From Candidatus Peregrinibacteria bacterium GW2011_GWF2_43_17 (lineage in GTDB: Bacteria; Patescibacteriota; Gracilibacteria; UBA1369; UBA12470): a stretch of DNA of 64,000 nt. The stretch spans positions 5,540 through 69,539 of the forward strand of contig LCFW01000004.1 of the NCBI GenBank assembly GCA_000999315.1, written 5' to 3'. Both the position numbers and the translations under genes were made by a program. How positions within the stretch are numbered: position 1 is the first letter of the stretch; the number at the start of each line of letters is the position of its first letter. This document shows, one piece after another, positions 1-8,453 of this stretch. The notes beneath the pieces are model-generated. The model saw nothing but the letters and a program-made list of their open reading frames with translations. It had not been told where the DNA came from and did no database searches.

Positions 1-7
1 CTATGGG

Positions 8-1030
8 GTGAACTTAGATGAACCAAACGACCTTGCATACGCAATAGGAGTCATGACCGAAGCGATCAAGTACTTCAACAAACACATCAAGGAAAACAAA
101 ATAAACGAATTATCCACGCCAACAGAAGAAGGAATTTATCATTTATTCCGAACAGCGGCGGGCAAAGGAAAAAGAATGATGACCCCTGACGCATGCGCAC
201 TTTTAAGAATAATGGCGGTTATAGATTTTATTAATAAAAACCCACTACTATCAATACTTCCTCGGGAAAGAGAGCCGGGAACCCCCAATAAAGGATATGT
301 ACTTGAAGCTTTAAGAGAAAAACTTTCCAGCAGAATAAAGAAAGAAGGCAAAAAAAACATATTCTACTCGACTGGAGGCGAAGCCGGAGATACGGGAATC
401 GAATTAATAAGAGTGGAATTAAGAATAAAAGAAAGAGACCGCGTCATCGCGAAGCTACTACACAAACCGGGAAACAAAGAAGAAGCGGTTCTTGACCATA
501 TAGGAGCAAGAATCACCACAAGAACACCTCAAGATGCCATAAAGATCATACACGAAATGTTTTTTCACCCGAGAAACGCAATATTCCCCGACATAAACAT
601 AAGAGTGGGACAAAGCAAAAACAAAATAATAAATATAGCCATATTACGTTCGGCAACACAAGGAGACCCGAAAGCCATAGAAAGCTTCATGACGGCGATA
701 GCGGAAGAAACAATAGACCATGAAGAATTGACAACCATCGAAGATGTCCCAGATCAACACAACGGACACTCATCAAGAAAATATAGAGCAATACACATAA
801 CAGTAGATATTCCTATAAGAACCGACCATGGCATAATATTATTCCCTATAGAACTGCAATTCCTCGACATACAATCAAGAATAACAAACGAACAAGAAGC
901 ATCGCATGAAGGATATGTCGCAAGACAAATGGACGCGGTAAGTAAAAGGTTATTAAGCAGTAATTTATTATCAGAATTCACAAAAGAAAGAAAAGATGGG
1001 AAAAAGAAAGCTACCGCCTTATCCTCCTAA
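8..1030 (+). CDS. RelA/SpoT-domain (alarmone-synthetase-like nucleotidyltransferase) protein, possibly 5'-partial
   Basis: The C-terminal half carries synthetase-type motifs DHIGARITT, KYRAIHITV and IELQFLDIQSRITNEQEASHEGY. The frame is open to the window edge and the first in-window start is GTG at 8. No HD hydrolase domain was seen. Confidence 0.5.
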   Translation: MNLDEPNDLAYAIGVMTEAIKYFNKHIKENKINELSTPTEEGIYHLFRTAAGKGKRMMTPDACALLRIMAVIDFINKNPLLSILPREREPGTPNKGYVLEALREKLSSRIKKEGKKNIFYSTGGEAGDTGIELIRVELRIKERDRVIAKLLHKPGNKEEAVLDHIGARITTRTPQDAIKIIHEMFFHPRNAIFPDINIRVGQSKNKIINIAILRSATQGDPKAIESFMTAIAEETIDHEELTTIEDVPDQHNGHSSRKYRAIHITVDIPIRTDHGIILFPIELQFLDIQSRITNEQEASHEGYVARQMDAVSKRLLSSNLLSEFTKERKDGKKKATALSS

Positions 1031-1709
1031 CTTCGTCCGCAACCTCCACCAAATACGCCGGCTCATTTCTCTCTCCCCTATGACTTTGAGGCGGCAGGAA
1101 CGGGCAATCGGTCTCCAATACAAATAAATTCTCGGGGGTCTTGGCAACAACCTTACGAAGCTCTTCATTTTGAGGATAAGTAACAGTCCCTCCAAACCCA
1201 AGTATCCACCCCCTCTTCCAAGCCATTTCGGCAAATTCAAGATCCTCGTTAAAACAATGCAAAGTAACTCGCTCCACTCCGGATTCAACCAAAATATCAT
1301 AAACATCTCTTGCCGACTCCCTCGCATGCACACACACAGGCAACCCAACTTGCTTAGCCAATTCCAACTGCTCTCGAAAAGCTTTTTCCTGCACCTCTTC
1401 AGACACCCTCATATGATGATAATCCAACCCAATCTCTCCTATACCAACCACTTTGGGATCTTTCGCTTGAACAAAAAATTTGCTCGCTACCTCCGAAGAC
1501 CACTTATCGGCATCGCTCGGATGCACGCCAATCATCGCCTCAATACAATCATATTTATGCGCCAACCCAACACATTTCATCGAAGACTCAAAATCACACC
1601 CGGGACAAATCATTTTCGTAACTCCGACAGATAATGCCCTCTTTATAACCTGATCTCTATCTTTATCAAATTTATGGAAATCCAAATGTGCGTGAGTATC
1701 AATCAACAT
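1011..1709 (-). CDS. tatD: TatD-family metal-dependent hydrolase/DNase
   Basis: N-terminal MLIDTHAHLDF (HxH metal motif), GEIGLDY and VHAR motifs. At 232 aa the length is typical of TatD/YcfH. Confidence 0.85.
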   Translation of the reverse strand: MLIDTHAHLDFHKFDKDRDQVIKRALSVGVTKMICPGCDFESSMKCVGLAHKYDCIEAMIGVHPSDADKWSSEVASKFFVQAKDPKVVGIGEIGLDYHHMRVSEEVQEKAFREQLELAKQVGLPVCVHARESARDVYDILVESGVERVTLHCFNEDLEFAEMAWKRGWILGFGGTVTYPQNEELRKVVAKTPENLFVLETDCPFLPPQSHRGERNEPAYLVEVADEVRRIRR

Positions 1710-1714
1710 AACTA

Positions 1715-1744
1715 TTGACTTTAAACCGCAAACAAAACTACACT
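1715..1744 (+). promoter_or_regulatory. Candidate sigma-70 promoter for the aro leader (TTGACT-18 nt-TACACT)
   Basis: TTGACT at 1715-1720 and TACACT at 1739-1744. It lies about 24 nt upstream of the leader-peptide ATG. Confidence 0.35.
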
Positions 1745-1767
1745 AAGAACATAATTCAAACAACTTC

Positions 1768-1836
1768 ATGCAAAAAGTAAGCAAACAACTCGTCGGACAA
1801 TTCTGGGCTTACTTTTACTTTACCCTAAAAGCATGA
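1768..1836 (+). CDS. Aromatic-rich leader peptide MQKVSKQLVGQFWAYFYFTLKA (22 aa)
   Basis: The ORF runs from ATG 1768 to TGA 1834-1836 and is too short for the ORF track. Six of seven consecutive codons (1801-1821) encode Phe, Trp or Tyr. It lies directly upstream of alternative hairpins and of the DAHP synthase gene. No obvious Shine-Dalgarno sequence. Confidence 0.6.
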   Translation: MQKVSKQLVGQFWAYFYFTLKA

Positions 1837-1872
1837 GGTAAGAACTTTTATAAGTATATGGTTCCCTCATGC
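1831..1872 (+). promoter_or_regulatory. Antiterminator hairpin of the aro attenuator
   Basis: GCATGAGG (1831-1838) pairs with CCTCATGC (1865-1872) over 8 bp. The 5' arm overlaps the leader stop codon. The 3' arm is shared with the terminator stem, so the two structures are mutually exclusive. Confidence 0.55.
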
Positions 1873-1900
1873 AAGCAAGATGAGGGTATTTTTATTTTTT
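1864..1900 (+). terminator. Intrinsic terminator inside the aroF 5' leader
   Basis: CCCTCAT (1864-1870), 9-nt loop, ATGAGGG (1880-1886), followed by TATTTTTATTTTTT. It lies 105 nt upstream of the aroF ATG. No plus-strand gene ends nearby. Confidence 0.65.
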
Positions 1901-2005
1901 AACCAAAAACAACCATGGAAACGATCGCGACGAAACTATTTGCACCTGTAGAATTCAAGAGGTATCTTTATCGACGCTAAAACACCACCATTAACCAATA
2001 AAAAT

Positions 2006-3034
2006 ATGATCATAGTAATGAAAAGTCATGCTCCAAAAGAGCATATCGAACACATCATAAGAGAACTCTCGGCACAAAAACTCAAACCCGTCCCTTTATA
2101 CGGCACTGAACGCACGGTAATCGCCGTAATCGGAGATGAACGCAATCTGGACATAAATCACCTTCGCGCACTTCCAAGCGTCAGCAACGTAATGCCCGTA
2201 CTCAAACCTTACAAACTTGCCGCACGCGAAACGAAACAAGAAGATACGATCATAGAAATCAAAGGGGTGAAAATCGGAGGAACAGAACTTTCAATCATGG
2301 CGGGACCATGCAGTGTCGAAAGCCAAGAGCAAATGAGCTTAACTGCACGAGCAGTCTCAAAATCAGGAGCAAAAATCTTAAGAGGTGGAGCTTTCAAACC
2401 AAGAACAACCCCATACTCCTTCCAAGGACACGAAGAAAAAGGCCTGAAAATGATCAGAAAAGCCGCCGATGAAAACAACATGCTTGTAATCACGGAAGTA
2501 ATGGACGCAAGCCAAATAGACGTCATTCTGAAATACGCCGACATCCTCCAAGTTGGAGCCAGAAATATGCAAAACTTCACACTTCTAAAAAAACTTGGGA
2601 AAATCAAGAAACCGGTCATGCTCAAACGCGGACTTTGTGCGACACTGAAAGAGTTCTTGCTCGCCGCCGAATACATCCTGGCAGGAGGAAATCAACAAGT
2701 CATCTTGTGCGAACGCGGCATTAGAACTTACGAAGATGATATGAGAAACACGCTTTCGATAGGCGCTGTCGCACGAATAAAAGAGTTAAGTCACCTGCCA
2801 CTTATAGTAGACCCAAGCCACGCAACGGGTATGGCAAGCCTTGTTTCACCGGTTGCCTTGGCCGCAGTAGCCGCGGGAGCCAACGGACTCATGATAGAAG
2901 TTCACCCAAATCCCACAACTGCACTAACCGACGGTGATCAATCCATCACACCGGAAGCATTCGAAAACATGATGGCAAAACTCAACCTCGTTGCGGTTGC
3001 GGTGGGGAAAGAACTTCCAAATAAAAAACTATGA
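2006..3034 (+). CDS. aroF: 3-deoxy-7-phosphoheptulonate (DAHP) synthase, type I-beta with N-terminal ferredoxin-like regulatory domain
   Basis: 342 aa. It shows a Thermotoga-type architecture: an N-terminal domain of about 70 aa followed by a KDO8PS-like barrel ([35 protein letters not shown]). Confidence 0.9.
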   Translation: MIIVMKSHAPKEHIEHIIRELSAQKLKPVPLYGTERTVIAVIGDERNLDINHLRALPSVSNVMPVLKPYKLAARETKQEDTIIEIKGVKIGGTELSIMAGPCSVESQEQMSLTARAVSKSGAKILRGGAFKPRTTPYSFQGHEEKGLKMIRKAADENNMLVITEVMDASQIDVILKYADILQVGARNMQNFTLLKKLGKIKKPVMLKRGLCATLKEFLLAAEYILAGGNQQVILCERGIRTYEDDMRNTLSIGAVARIKELSHLPLIVDPSHATGMASLVSPVALAAVAAGANGLMIEVHPNPTTALTDGDQSITPEAFENMMAKLNLVAVAVGKELPNKKL

Positions 3035-3969
3035 CCACCCACATCGAAAACCTGGCATCGACATTAAAAAAACTCCCCTACAACCGTTATTGCGTTATAA
3101 CCGATAAAAACGTCTATAAGCATTACGGCAAATTTTTGCACAAATTCGATCTAATTATCAAAGAACCCGGCGAGAAACTAAAAACACTCGCCAACATCGA
3201 AAAAACGGCAAAGAAACTCATAAAACTTGGACTGGATCGAGGAAGTTGCCTGATCGCAGTCGGAGGAGGAGTTATAGGGGATTTTACAGGGTTCCTCGCA
3301 TCAATTTACATGCGAGGAATTCCTTACATACAGGTTCCGACAACACTTCTCGCAATGGTAGACTCAAGCGTAGGCGGGAAAACGGGTGTGAATCTCTCAC
3401 TTGGTAAAAATCTGCTTGGGACATTTTATCAGCCCGTATTGACACTCTCATATCCCGAAACTTTGCAAACACTTTCGTTAAAAGAATTGAAAAATGGCAT
3501 AGCCGAGTCAATCAAGCACGCTTGCATCGGAGATAAATCGCTATTCGGATTTTTAGAAAAAAATCACGAAAAGATTCTGGCAAAAGATCCTGCGACACTG
3601 AACAAATTAATTACTCAATCTTCGGCTATCAAACTAAAAATAACGGGAAAAGACGAGCATGAAAAAGGCGTACGGATGTTTCTCAATTACGGTCATACTA
3701 TCGGACACGCAATAGAACAAGCTTCCAACTATGAATTAAGCCACGGAGAAGCGATTTCAATCGGAATACACCAGGTAAATTTATTCTCAAAATCACCGGA
3801 AACAAAACGCATTGAAAATCTCCTAAAGCTATACGATCTACCTACAAAAATCCCTTCCAATTTAAAGAAACAAGAAATCGCAAAAATCATAAAAACTGAC
3901 AAAAAAAAATTTAAAGGGAAATTAAGATTCGTAACAGTTCGAAAAATAGGATCAGCAACGATCATTTAA
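3031..3969 (+). CDS. aroB: 3-dehydroquinate synthase
   Basis: GGGVIGDFTGFLASIYMRGIPYIQVPTTLLAMVDSSVGGKTGVN and HGHTIGHAIE motifs. ATGA overlap with aroF. Confidence 0.9.
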   Translation: MTTHIENLASTLKKLPYNRYCVITDKNVYKHYGKFLHKFDLIIKEPGEKLKTLANIEKTAKKLIKLGLDRGSCLIAVGGGVIGDFTGFLASIYMRGIPYIQVPTTLLAMVDSSVGGKTGVNLSLGKNLLGTFYQPVLTLSYPETLQTLSLKELKNGIAESIKHACIGDKSLFGFLEKNHEKILAKDPATLNKLITQSSAIKLKITGKDEHEKGVRMFLNYGHTIGHAIEQASNYELSHGEAISIGIHQVNLFSKSPETKRIENLLKLYDLPTKIPSNLKKQEIAKIIKTDKKKFKGKLRFVTVRKIGSATII

Positions 3970-3970
3970 T

Positions 3971-5140
3971 ATGTCTAAAATACTCATACCCGGATCCAAA
4001 AGCTTAATGGCTCGCGCCTTAATTTTAGCCAGCATCCGCAAAGGCAAAACAGCAATTAATAATCCACTCATCTGCGAAGACTCTAAAAACCTGATAAAAG
4101 CTCTCCGGAATCTCGGCATCAAGATTGAACAAAAAAATAATTCGCAAATCACCGTTTACGGCTTAGGCAAAACACTTAAAGCCCCACCAAAAAACCTAAA
4201 TATTGGTAATTCCGGCACGGCGATAAGATTTTTAATCCCCATACTCGCAACCCAAAATTTCACATCACGCATCACGGGTAACCCACAAATGCAAAAACGC
4301 CCAATGCACGACATCATCGAAGCTCTGCAAAAAATCGGGATAAAAATCACATCGCAAAACGGCTACCCACCGCTAACCATATACGGCAACCCCAAAATCC
4401 ATCCAAAAGAAATTCCGATAAAAGGTAACGTAAGCAGTCAATTCATATCGGGACTTCTGATGGCCGCTCCCCTATTCAACAATCCGAAAATAAAAATCAT
4501 CGGCAACGTCGTCTCCAAGCCTTATATCGAGATTACCAAGGAAATTATCAGAAAATTCGACTCGCCATACACAATCGAAACGGACGCCTCCAGCGCAAGT
4601 TACTTCTTCGCACTTGGAGCCCTGGGCTTCAAAATAAAAGTCTTAAACATATCGAGAAAAAGCTTACAAGCAGACATCAAACTACTCGATTATCTCGAAA
4701 AAATGAACTGCACGATAGAAGAAGACCGCGAAGGAATTCAAGTCATCGGTCCAACGGAATTACAACCACTCGGCAAAGTTAATCTAAAAAACCTCCCCGA
4801 CTCCGCAATGACACTCGCAACTCTTGCTTGCTTCGCAAATGGAAAAAGCACGCTTACCGGACTAAGCAATTTGAGATTCAAAGAAACCAACCGACTTCAC
4901 GCCCTCAAAACGGAACTCTCGAAAATCGGCGCAAAAGTGAAAGAGTTGAAAGACGGACTTTCAATAGAGGGCACAAACAACTTTAAATCGGCAACAATCG
5001 AAACTTATAACGATCATCGAATGGCAATGTGCGCAGGAGTATTAAAATCGCAAATCCCGGGAATCAAAATCTTAAACTCTTCTTGCATAAAAAAGACTTA
5101 CCCCGAGTTTTGGCAAGATTTTGACAACGCCAACAAATGA
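3971..5140 (+). CDS. aroA: 3-phosphoshikimate 1-carboxyvinyltransferase (EPSP synthase)
   Basis: PGSKSLMARALILA, LNIGNSGTAIRFL and RFKETNRL motifs. At 389 aa it is a compact version. Confidence 0.9.
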   Translation: MSKILIPGSKSLMARALILASIRKGKTAINNPLICEDSKNLIKALRNLGIKIEQKNNSQITVYGLGKTLKAPPKNLNIGNSGTAIRFLIPILATQNFTSRITGNPQMQKRPMHDIIEALQKIGIKITSQNGYPPLTIYGNPKIHPKEIPIKGNVSSQFISGLLMAAPLFNNPKIKIIGNVVSKPYIEITKEIIRKFDSPYTIETDASSASYFFALGALGFKIKVLNISRKSLQADIKLLDYLEKMNCTIEEDREGIQVIGPTELQPLGKVNLKNLPDSAMTLATLACFANGKSTLTGLSNLRFKETNRLHALKTELSKIGAKVKELKDGLSIEGTNNFKSATIETYNDHRMAMCAGVLKSQIPGIKILNSSCIKKTYPEFWQDFDNANK

Positions 5141-6300
5141 TTAAAAAGAACCTAACTCTACTCACTCTCATCCATAGCTTCCAAAGATTCGCAACAAACT
5201 CTTTGGGATTTTTCTGGGCCATATACTTCACGCAAATAGGATTAAGCGGGACGCAATCAGGGATACTATTTATGACACTCACTGTAACAGGAGTACTTAT
5301 AACACTTCCCGGAGGACTACTAAACGACAGAATTCCATCAAAAAGAATAATCCAGCTAGGCCTAATTTTAATGATCATCGAATTTCTCACATTAAGCCAA
5401 ACACAATATTTCCCATTCATCCTCGCAATGTTCTTCATAGGAGGCATCGGAACTAATCTGTACAACATTTCAATGGACAGTTTGTTTTACAAAACCTCGC
5501 AAGGAGAACCACCATCAAAAAGAATAAAAACATATGTCGGTTTTTATCTGCTGGGAGCAGGCATTGGAGTTTTATTCAGCGGTAATATCCTCGAATATAT
5601 AGATTTTCAAAAATATTTAATCGTAACGGCGGGACTGGTTTCGATATTACTCATATTATCCCTTTTATTGCCCAGCACGGAAACTTTCAAATTCGAAATC
5701 GAATCTTATAAAAAAGATATTAAAAAACCACACGTCTTACTTTTCATCGCAATAATATTTTCATTCGCGATACACATGGGATCAGAATTCACATCATATG
5801 GACCATTTCTGAAAGAGACTCTCGGCCTCACATTTTCACAGATGGGAGCATATATGGGAACCGCAATAATATGCATGTTCGCAACGGTAAGATTAACCAA
5901 CAGAGCACTTGAAAAAGGTACCGGCATAAAAACAATAATCACACTCGGATTACTCTGTTCCGGCATAGGCTACTTGATAATGCTTATACCAATAATCCCA
6001 ATCTCGCTTGTCGGCAGAATAATTCATGAAGGAGGCGATGCAATGATGTTTGTTTTCTTATACACGGGCGTTTTGGAATTTTTCAAAAAAGAACGTATCG
6101 GAGGCAATTCGGGTTTAATAACGTTAACACAAACTTCTGCTATCGCACTAAGTTCTTTGGTCTTCGGCCCGCTGGGCTCTTCCTTCGGGAACCAAATACC
6201 GATTATAATCGGAGCGATCACAACTTTGCTCGCAATCATTCTACTCAAAGAGTATGAGCACATCTCGGAAAAACATAGTAATAACGGGAATGCGCGGTAG
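5137..6300 (+). CDS. MFS transporter embedded in the aro operon
   Basis: About 12 predicted hydrophobic helices and an MFS loop motif, GGLLNDRIPSKR. ATGA overlap with aroA, and its 3' end overlaps aroK. Confidence 0.8.
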   Translation: MIKKNLTLLTLIHSFQRFATNSLGFFWAIYFTQIGLSGTQSGILFMTLTVTGVLITLPGGLLNDRIPSKRIIQLGLILMIIEFLTLSQTQYFPFILAMFFIGGIGTNLYNISMDSLFYKTSQGEPPSKRIKTYVGFYLLGAGIGVLFSGNILEYIDFQKYLIVTAGLVSILLILSLLLPSTETFKFEIESYKKDIKKPHVLLFIAIIFSFAIHMGSEFTSYGPFLKETLGLTFSQMGAYMGTAIICMFATVRLTNRALEKGTGIKTIITLGLLCSGIGYLIMLIPIIPISLVGRIIHEGGDAMMFVFLYTGVLEFFKKERIGGNSGLITLTQTSAIALSSLVFGPLGSSFGNQIPIIIGAITTLLAIILLKEYEHISEKHSNNGNAR

Positions 6301-6778
6301 CGGGAAAACAGCTATCGGCCAGATGATCGCCAAAAAATTAAGACGAGATTTCATCGATCTCGATGTTTACATAGAACGCACTGTAAATAAAAAAATAATT
6401 AAAATAGTCGAAGAAAAAGGATGGAATCACTTTCGCGAACTTGAAGAACAAGCTGTCGACAATTTATCTAAAACAAAAAACGCCGTAATCTCAACAGGAG
6501 GGGGAACTTTTATAAACCCGGCAAACGCAAAGAAACTCAAAAAAAACGGTCTCGTCTTATTGCTTACAGCCGACCTGAAAACACTGGAAAAAAGGATCAA
6601 TTTCAGCAGAAAACGCCCTCCTCTCACCAGCCAAAAATCGCTTAAAAAAGAGCTTGAACAAATCTGGAAAGAACGCAAGAAAACCTACCTGAAAAACGCC
6701 GACTTCGTCTATGACAACTCGAGCGACAAAGACCCGGAAGAAAAAGCTGAAGAAATCTTGGAAATGCTACCGGTCTAA
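6254..6778 (+). CDS. aroK: Shikimate kinase
   Basis: P-loop ITGMRGSGKTAIG, DLD and STGGG motifs. 174 aa. Confidence 0.85.
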   Translation: MSTSRKNIVITGMRGSGKTAIGQMIAKKLRRDFIDLDVYIERTVNKKIIKIVEEKGWNHFRELEEQAVDNLSKTKNAVISTGGGTFINPANAKKLKKNGLVLLLTADLKTLEKRINFSRKRPPLTSQKSLKKELEQIWKERKKTYLKNADFVYDNSSDKDPEEKAEEILEMLPV

Positions 6779-8040
6779 CCGTTAATCCGCAGAAGCCCCC
6801 CCTCGAGTCCTTTCTTCCCCAAAACAAAAACCCTATTCCCAACTCCCCCATGCACCTCTGTAAGAGGATTGCCTTTTATGTCTTTAAACTCTTTTACTTT
6901 AATTGAAACAACCGAATCGGGCAAAACAACCTCCAAAACTTCACCAGTCGAAACTCGATTTCTCACATCTACAAGATATTCACCTTTCGAAACCTCTTTC
7001 CCCACTATTCCAACAAACTTCGCTCCTCCTATCGGACTGCTTTTCTCATACCTCATGGAATTTTTACCCAAATCTCCAAATAAAAATCCGGGAGTATAAC
7101 CCCTGGAAGCGATTTTATAAGCTTCATCCATCAAAGACTCATCAAACGGTCGCCCGGCCTTCAAATCCTCAATCGCTTGCCTATAAATCTTACAAACACT
7201 CGCAACATAATAAACTGTCTTGCTTCTACCCTCTATTTTAAACGACGTTATCCCGGCATCCGCCATTTCTTTCAAATAAGGCAACATACAAAGATCTCGC
7301 GAATTCATAATATAAGTTCCATGTTCATCCTCGGAAATCGGCATATATTCACGTGGCCTCATCTCCTCCTCAAGAACAATTTTTTTATTCAGCAAATCGA
7401 CCTTTGGGCCATAAGAAGCCTCTTCAAGCAACTTATATTTAAATCTACAAGCTTGTACGCAAGCACCCTGATTCGAATCCCGAAAACTCATATAATTGCT
7501 AAGCAAACATCTACCGCTGTAAGCCACACAAATCGCCCCATGAACAAAATATTCAAGTTCAATATCTGGAACTTTTTTATGAATTTCTCTCACCTCTTCC
7601 AAATTTAACTCTCTGGATAAAATCACTCTTTTCACACCCTGATCTCGCCAAAACTGCACACTTCTATAATTCACATTATTAGCTTGCACCGACAGATGTA
7701 TTCTCGCCTTCGGCCAAACTTCTTTTATTATCGAAATCACGCCGGCATCCGCCGCAATCAGCGCATCAGGTTTCACCTCGTCTCTAAGCCATTTGATATG
7801 TTTTATAAAAGCCGGAATCTTGCTATTCCTAGGATAAATATTAACCGTCATGAAAAAAAATTTCTTCAGTTTTTTTGCCAAAGCACGACCGCGAACAACA
7901 CTCTCCGCATCAAATTCGGTAGTCTTTGATCTCAAAGAAAAAGCACTCATCCCGACATAACAAGCATCGGCACCATATCTATATGCATACTCAAGTTTCT
8001 GATAATCGCCCGCTGGAGCGACAAGTTCAAGATTTTTCAT
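6775..8040 (-). CDS. Peptidase U32 family protein
   Basis: N-terminal ELVAPAGD..YGADACYVG and a central E..VHGAICVAYSGRCLLS motif, both typical of the U32 (YegQ/RlhA/TrhP-like) family. Confidence 0.85.
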   Translation of the reverse strand: MKNLELVAPAGDYQKLEYAYRYGADACYVGMSAFSLRSKTTEFDAESVVRGRALAKKLKKFFFMTVNIYPRNSKIPAFIKHIKWLRDEVKPDALIAADAGVISIIKEVWPKARIHLSVQANNVNYRSVQFWRDQGVKRVILSRELNLEEVREIHKKVPDIELEYFVHGAICVAYSGRCLLSNYMSFRDSNQGACVQACRFKYKLLEEASYGPKVDLLNKKIVLEEEMRPREYMPISEDEHGTYIMNSRDLCMLPYLKEMADAGITSFKIEGRSKTVYYVASVCKIYRQAIEDLKAGRPFDESLMDEAYKIASRGYTPGFLFGDLGKNSMRYEKSSPIGGAKFVGIVGKEVSKGEYLVDVRNRVSTGEVLEVVLPDSVVSIKVKEFKDIKGNPLTEVHGGVGNRVFVLGKKGLEGGLLRING

Positions 8041-8144
8041 AAAATAGCCTTATTGCAAATAAAGCAGGAAGAATTTAGCACAAGAAACCCGTGATTTACA
8101 ACGACTTTCAACATATAATCTCCACGTACTCTAACTTTAAAAAA

Positions 8145-8453
8145 ATGTCAGACCCAAAATACAAACGCTACGTCACAGAAATGTTCGAACGAAACAGAGA
8201 AAAAATGATGAAATTCATGCTTCTCAATCAAGATTACGGCAAAGACAAAAAAGGCCTGAAAGAACAGTTCGACCAAGAAGGCAAAGAAATCCAGGAAATC
8301 GTAGAAGAATGGATGGGCCGCCTTTGCAAACAGATGGAAAAAGGCCAAAACGGCTCATATTCGGGCAAGCTGGCCGACAAATTTCTACAAGAGGTTGTAA
8401 AATATTTCACCTACTATCATGAAATCGGAATCCAGTTCAAGAAAGGTCGCTAA
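8145..8453 (+). CDS. Hypothetical protein (102 aa from ATG 8145; the track ORF begins at GTG 8091)
   Basis: An open frame with Lys/Glu-rich composition like neighbouring genes. No recognisable motif. Confidence 0.4.
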   Translation: MSDPKYKRYVTEMFERNREKMMKFMLLNQDYGKDKKGLKEQFDQEGKEIQEIVEEWMGRLCKQMEKGQNGSYSGKLADKFLQEVVKYFTYYHEIGIQFKKGR

